Assembly (NCBI RefSeq): GCF_963921235.1
Contig: NC_086097.1
Coordinates: forward strand, 73,782,001 to 73,846,000
Length of the DNA stretch: 64,000 nt
Direction: 5' to 3'
From: Mobula hypostoma
Lineage: Eukaryota
Within the stretch, counting starts at the first letter, position 1; each line of letters opens with the position of its first letter. Positions 61,343 through 64,000 of the stretch are shown in pieces. The notes below the pieces were generated by a model. That model was given only the letters and a program-made list of their open reading frames with translations, made no database searches and was not told where the DNA came from. The position numbers were made by a program, and so were the translations under genes.

Positions 61343-64000
61343 TGTGGCGGGCATTCAGTCCATGATAATAGAGGCAAAAAGCATGTTTATCTCAACTGCC
61401 GTTTTTATTGTGACAAGAACAATAATAGACAGAGCACAATGGCTCAGTGACAATTAACTCAGTCACATACAGTCAGGGGAGGTGAAGATTACACACCTCA
61501 GTTACATAGACACACACGTGAATAACTGTATAGCCCGAGCAAAAATAAATGAAGTTGAACATCTCGCTATAACTCTACTGAACACATACACCATGAGTGC
61601 ATTTGAAAACAAGAACAATAAGTAGCGCTGTCTGCTAGGAATGCTGGGACAAGCTGTTGACCACTGCCCCCACCTGGGGGGTCAGCCATTCCTGGCAACA
61701 CCAGAGTCTACAACAAAGTCCAAAAGTTCTGGTTGTGGTTGACACTGCGTCTGGGGCGCTGAGGGATGTCTGTAGCACCCCCCCCTCCACCAGGGGAGGC
61801 ACTGTTTGGTAAGCCAAGAGGCAGGGCACCTGGAGTGTCACCTCCTTCGCCCTGCCTTGCTGGGTCGGTGGTGGTCAAGGACTGATATGGTGCTAGCCAC
61901 TCCCAGTGCAGCACGACCGCCTTCCGCTGCTCAGGCAGCCGTGACTTGTATATCACATCAGAGGTGTGGTCGGGCGCCTCTCTCAGCCCCTTCCAGTGGC
62001 TTCCGAGCTTGGTGGATCGTCCCTTCTTCTGGGTGGCACAGTAGACACATACTTGGTTCCCCCCAGTAAAGTCCTGACCCAGCTGGGGGCATCGCAAGCC
62101 CGTTCTTGACGGCCGCTAGCTGCGCTTTGGTTCTGCCAAGCCACATCGTGAACAGACGGCCGGTGCCCCCTGAGGTGCTGCAGGTACTCCAACCTGGCCT
62201 CCCCAGGAATCTCTGGCTCAGGAGGAGGCCAAACACCAGATCCACCGGCGTGCACAGCTCCCGCCCGAACATGAGCACAGCCGGCGTACATCTGGTGCTA
62301 GGGGGAGGGGGAGGTGGCAATCCCAATCAAGCTGGTGCTTGTTGACGGGAATGGCAAGTTGCGTAGCCAGCATGGGGTTAAAACATTCCAGCAGCCCCTC
62401 ACTTTGCGGGTGCAGGGGGGTGGTCCATGTTTTGGTGATTCCCAGCCACCTGCAGACCTTGCCAAGCACTTGCACGACAAAGTTCTCAGGGGCGTGAAGA
62501 CGGCAGAAGAACTCCTCTACAAGTCTCTCAGCGATTGTAGTAGTAGTCCTCTAGTCCGGCACTGTGTACGCCTCAGACCATTTTGTGAAGTAATCCAAGG
62601 CCATGAGAACGTAGTGGTTCCTATCATCAGTGCAGGAGAAGGGGCCCAGGCACCAGCCCGTGCATCACGGCGTGGAGTCCCTGGGGGAACCGCCAGTTGC
62701 AGGAGATGTCTGTCGTCCATCGCCATGAAGAGCAACCTGTGGTGCACCTCCAGCATGCGCCATTGAGACTGGGGTTTGGTGTCTGGATCCAGGGCGGAGA
62801 CCTCAGCCCACTCCAGCTGCTATTCCACCCTCAGCCATCCCCCCATCCGGGCCAGCACAGAATCACTCTACTGCTCGCTGCACAGCTGCTAGTGGTTAAT
62901 GGTGGGGGGGGGGGCTCTACTTCGCCGCCGGCTGCCACTGCTTTTTGCCCCTGGTTCCGCTCCTTGAAGCAGCGACAGTAGCGACACTCAGTGACCTCAC
63001 AGGGACGGCGAGAGAGGGCATCAGCATTGCCATGGTGCCCTTCAGCCACAGCCAAGAGCTCCCGGCTGGTGACACAATAGTTGCGTTCAGGGCGGCTTAG
63101 GGTGCGGCTGAAGTGCACTGCAGTGTGTTCTCCTTGGTCCCTCTCCCGTGACGTCACTGTGCCAAGCCTCCCCTCCCCCTCTGCTGGCGTCTGTGTCAAC
63201 AATGAAGGGACATGCTGGATCAGGGTGCACCTGGGTGAGCGCAGTTCAGAGCTGGTCAAAGGTGGCAGCACAGGTGAAGGGCCTCCATTTTGGCGAACTG
63301 GCAGTGGTGGCGAAGTCCTTACTAAACCGGTGGTAGTGTGATGCCAACCCCAGGAAGCTGCGAAGCTCGGAGACATCGGGGGTGGGGGGGTGGGGGGGTG
63401 GGTCATTCCCTGACTGCCATTACCTTCTCAGGGTTGGTTGCCACTCCTTCTGCACTCACCTTGAGCCCCAGGAACTTGATCTGTGGGCGTAGCAGGCAAC
63501 ATTTTGTGAGGTTGAGGTGCAGGTTCGCCTGGCGGATGGTGGCAAAGGTCTCTTCCAGGTTCTGCAGAGCATCAACAAAATGGCGGCAGTGTGCAGCAGG
63601 TGATCGTCCAAATAGATGACACAGCAACTCCGCAGAATGTGAGCCAGCATCCTCTCCAGCAACCGTGTCTCGAATGTGGCCGGGGCGTTTAACAGGCCAA
63701 ACTGCATTACCCAGAAGTGCCACAGCCCTTGACCAATGGTGAAGGCAATCTCAGGTTGGGCCTTCAGGGCCAGTGCGACCTGCCAATAACCACAGCGGAC
63801 ATCGTGAGCACTGAACCAGGTGGAACCCACGATACAGTCCAGGGCATCATCAATTTGGAGCAGCAGATAGGAGTCCCTCTGGGTCATGGCATCCACACAG
63901 AACCGTCATGACCCAACTTTCTTCTTGACCAACATCGCTGGAGCTGCCCACGGGCTGTCGGATGACTCAGTGATACCAGCCGCTGCCATCTCTTTGATCT
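61343..64000 (-). mobile_element. Degenerate canonical Ty3/gypsy element (RT-RH-INT-3'LTR), runs off the right edge
   Basis: SPWAAP, GYWQV, MQFGLLNAPATF, IYLDD; ERNYCVTSRELLAV, HGNADALSR; TTPLHPQSEG; purine tract followed by a probable LTR at ~61663-61343 ending ACA. Confidence 0.85.

Noticed and set aside
45900..64000. ZNF770, the neighbour of AQR in human as recalled
   Set aside because: No C2H2 zinc-finger ORF is visible in the window
1..64000. CRISPR arrays, operons, rRNA or tRNA genes
   Set aside because: The sequence is eukaryotic and intron-rich; no regularly spaced repeat array or intact tRNA/rRNA was seen

Overview
Vertebrate nuclear DNA. The repeat content (CR1, Neptune-type Penelope, Rex1, DeuSINE) suggests a cartilaginous fish, which is an inference. 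The one host gene recognised is AQR (Aquarius/IBP160 spliceosomal helicase) on the minus strand. I traced 19 GT-AG coding exons by hand from the ATG at 42384 to 8768. They total 1998 nt (666 codons) with consistent phases, and the gene continues off the left edge. A probable non-coding first exon and CpG promoter lie near 45.7 kb. Most of the rest is transposons: an internally deleted L1 inside a Gmr1-type gypsy element inside a Tc1; a Buster/Charlie hAT inside a CR1; a young TSD-flanked Neptune Penelope element; Rex1, RTE and many CR1 pieces; a solo LTR; and a second, canonical gypsy element at the right edge. The most notable signal is a set of minimal hammerhead-ribozyme motifs in the Penelope 3' repeat, two of them in AQR sense orientation, together with short fold-back derivatives whose ends cluster at the ribozyme. 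There is also an unexplained CpG island at about 52.2-53.1 kb. Family assignments come from recognised motifs, not from database searches.
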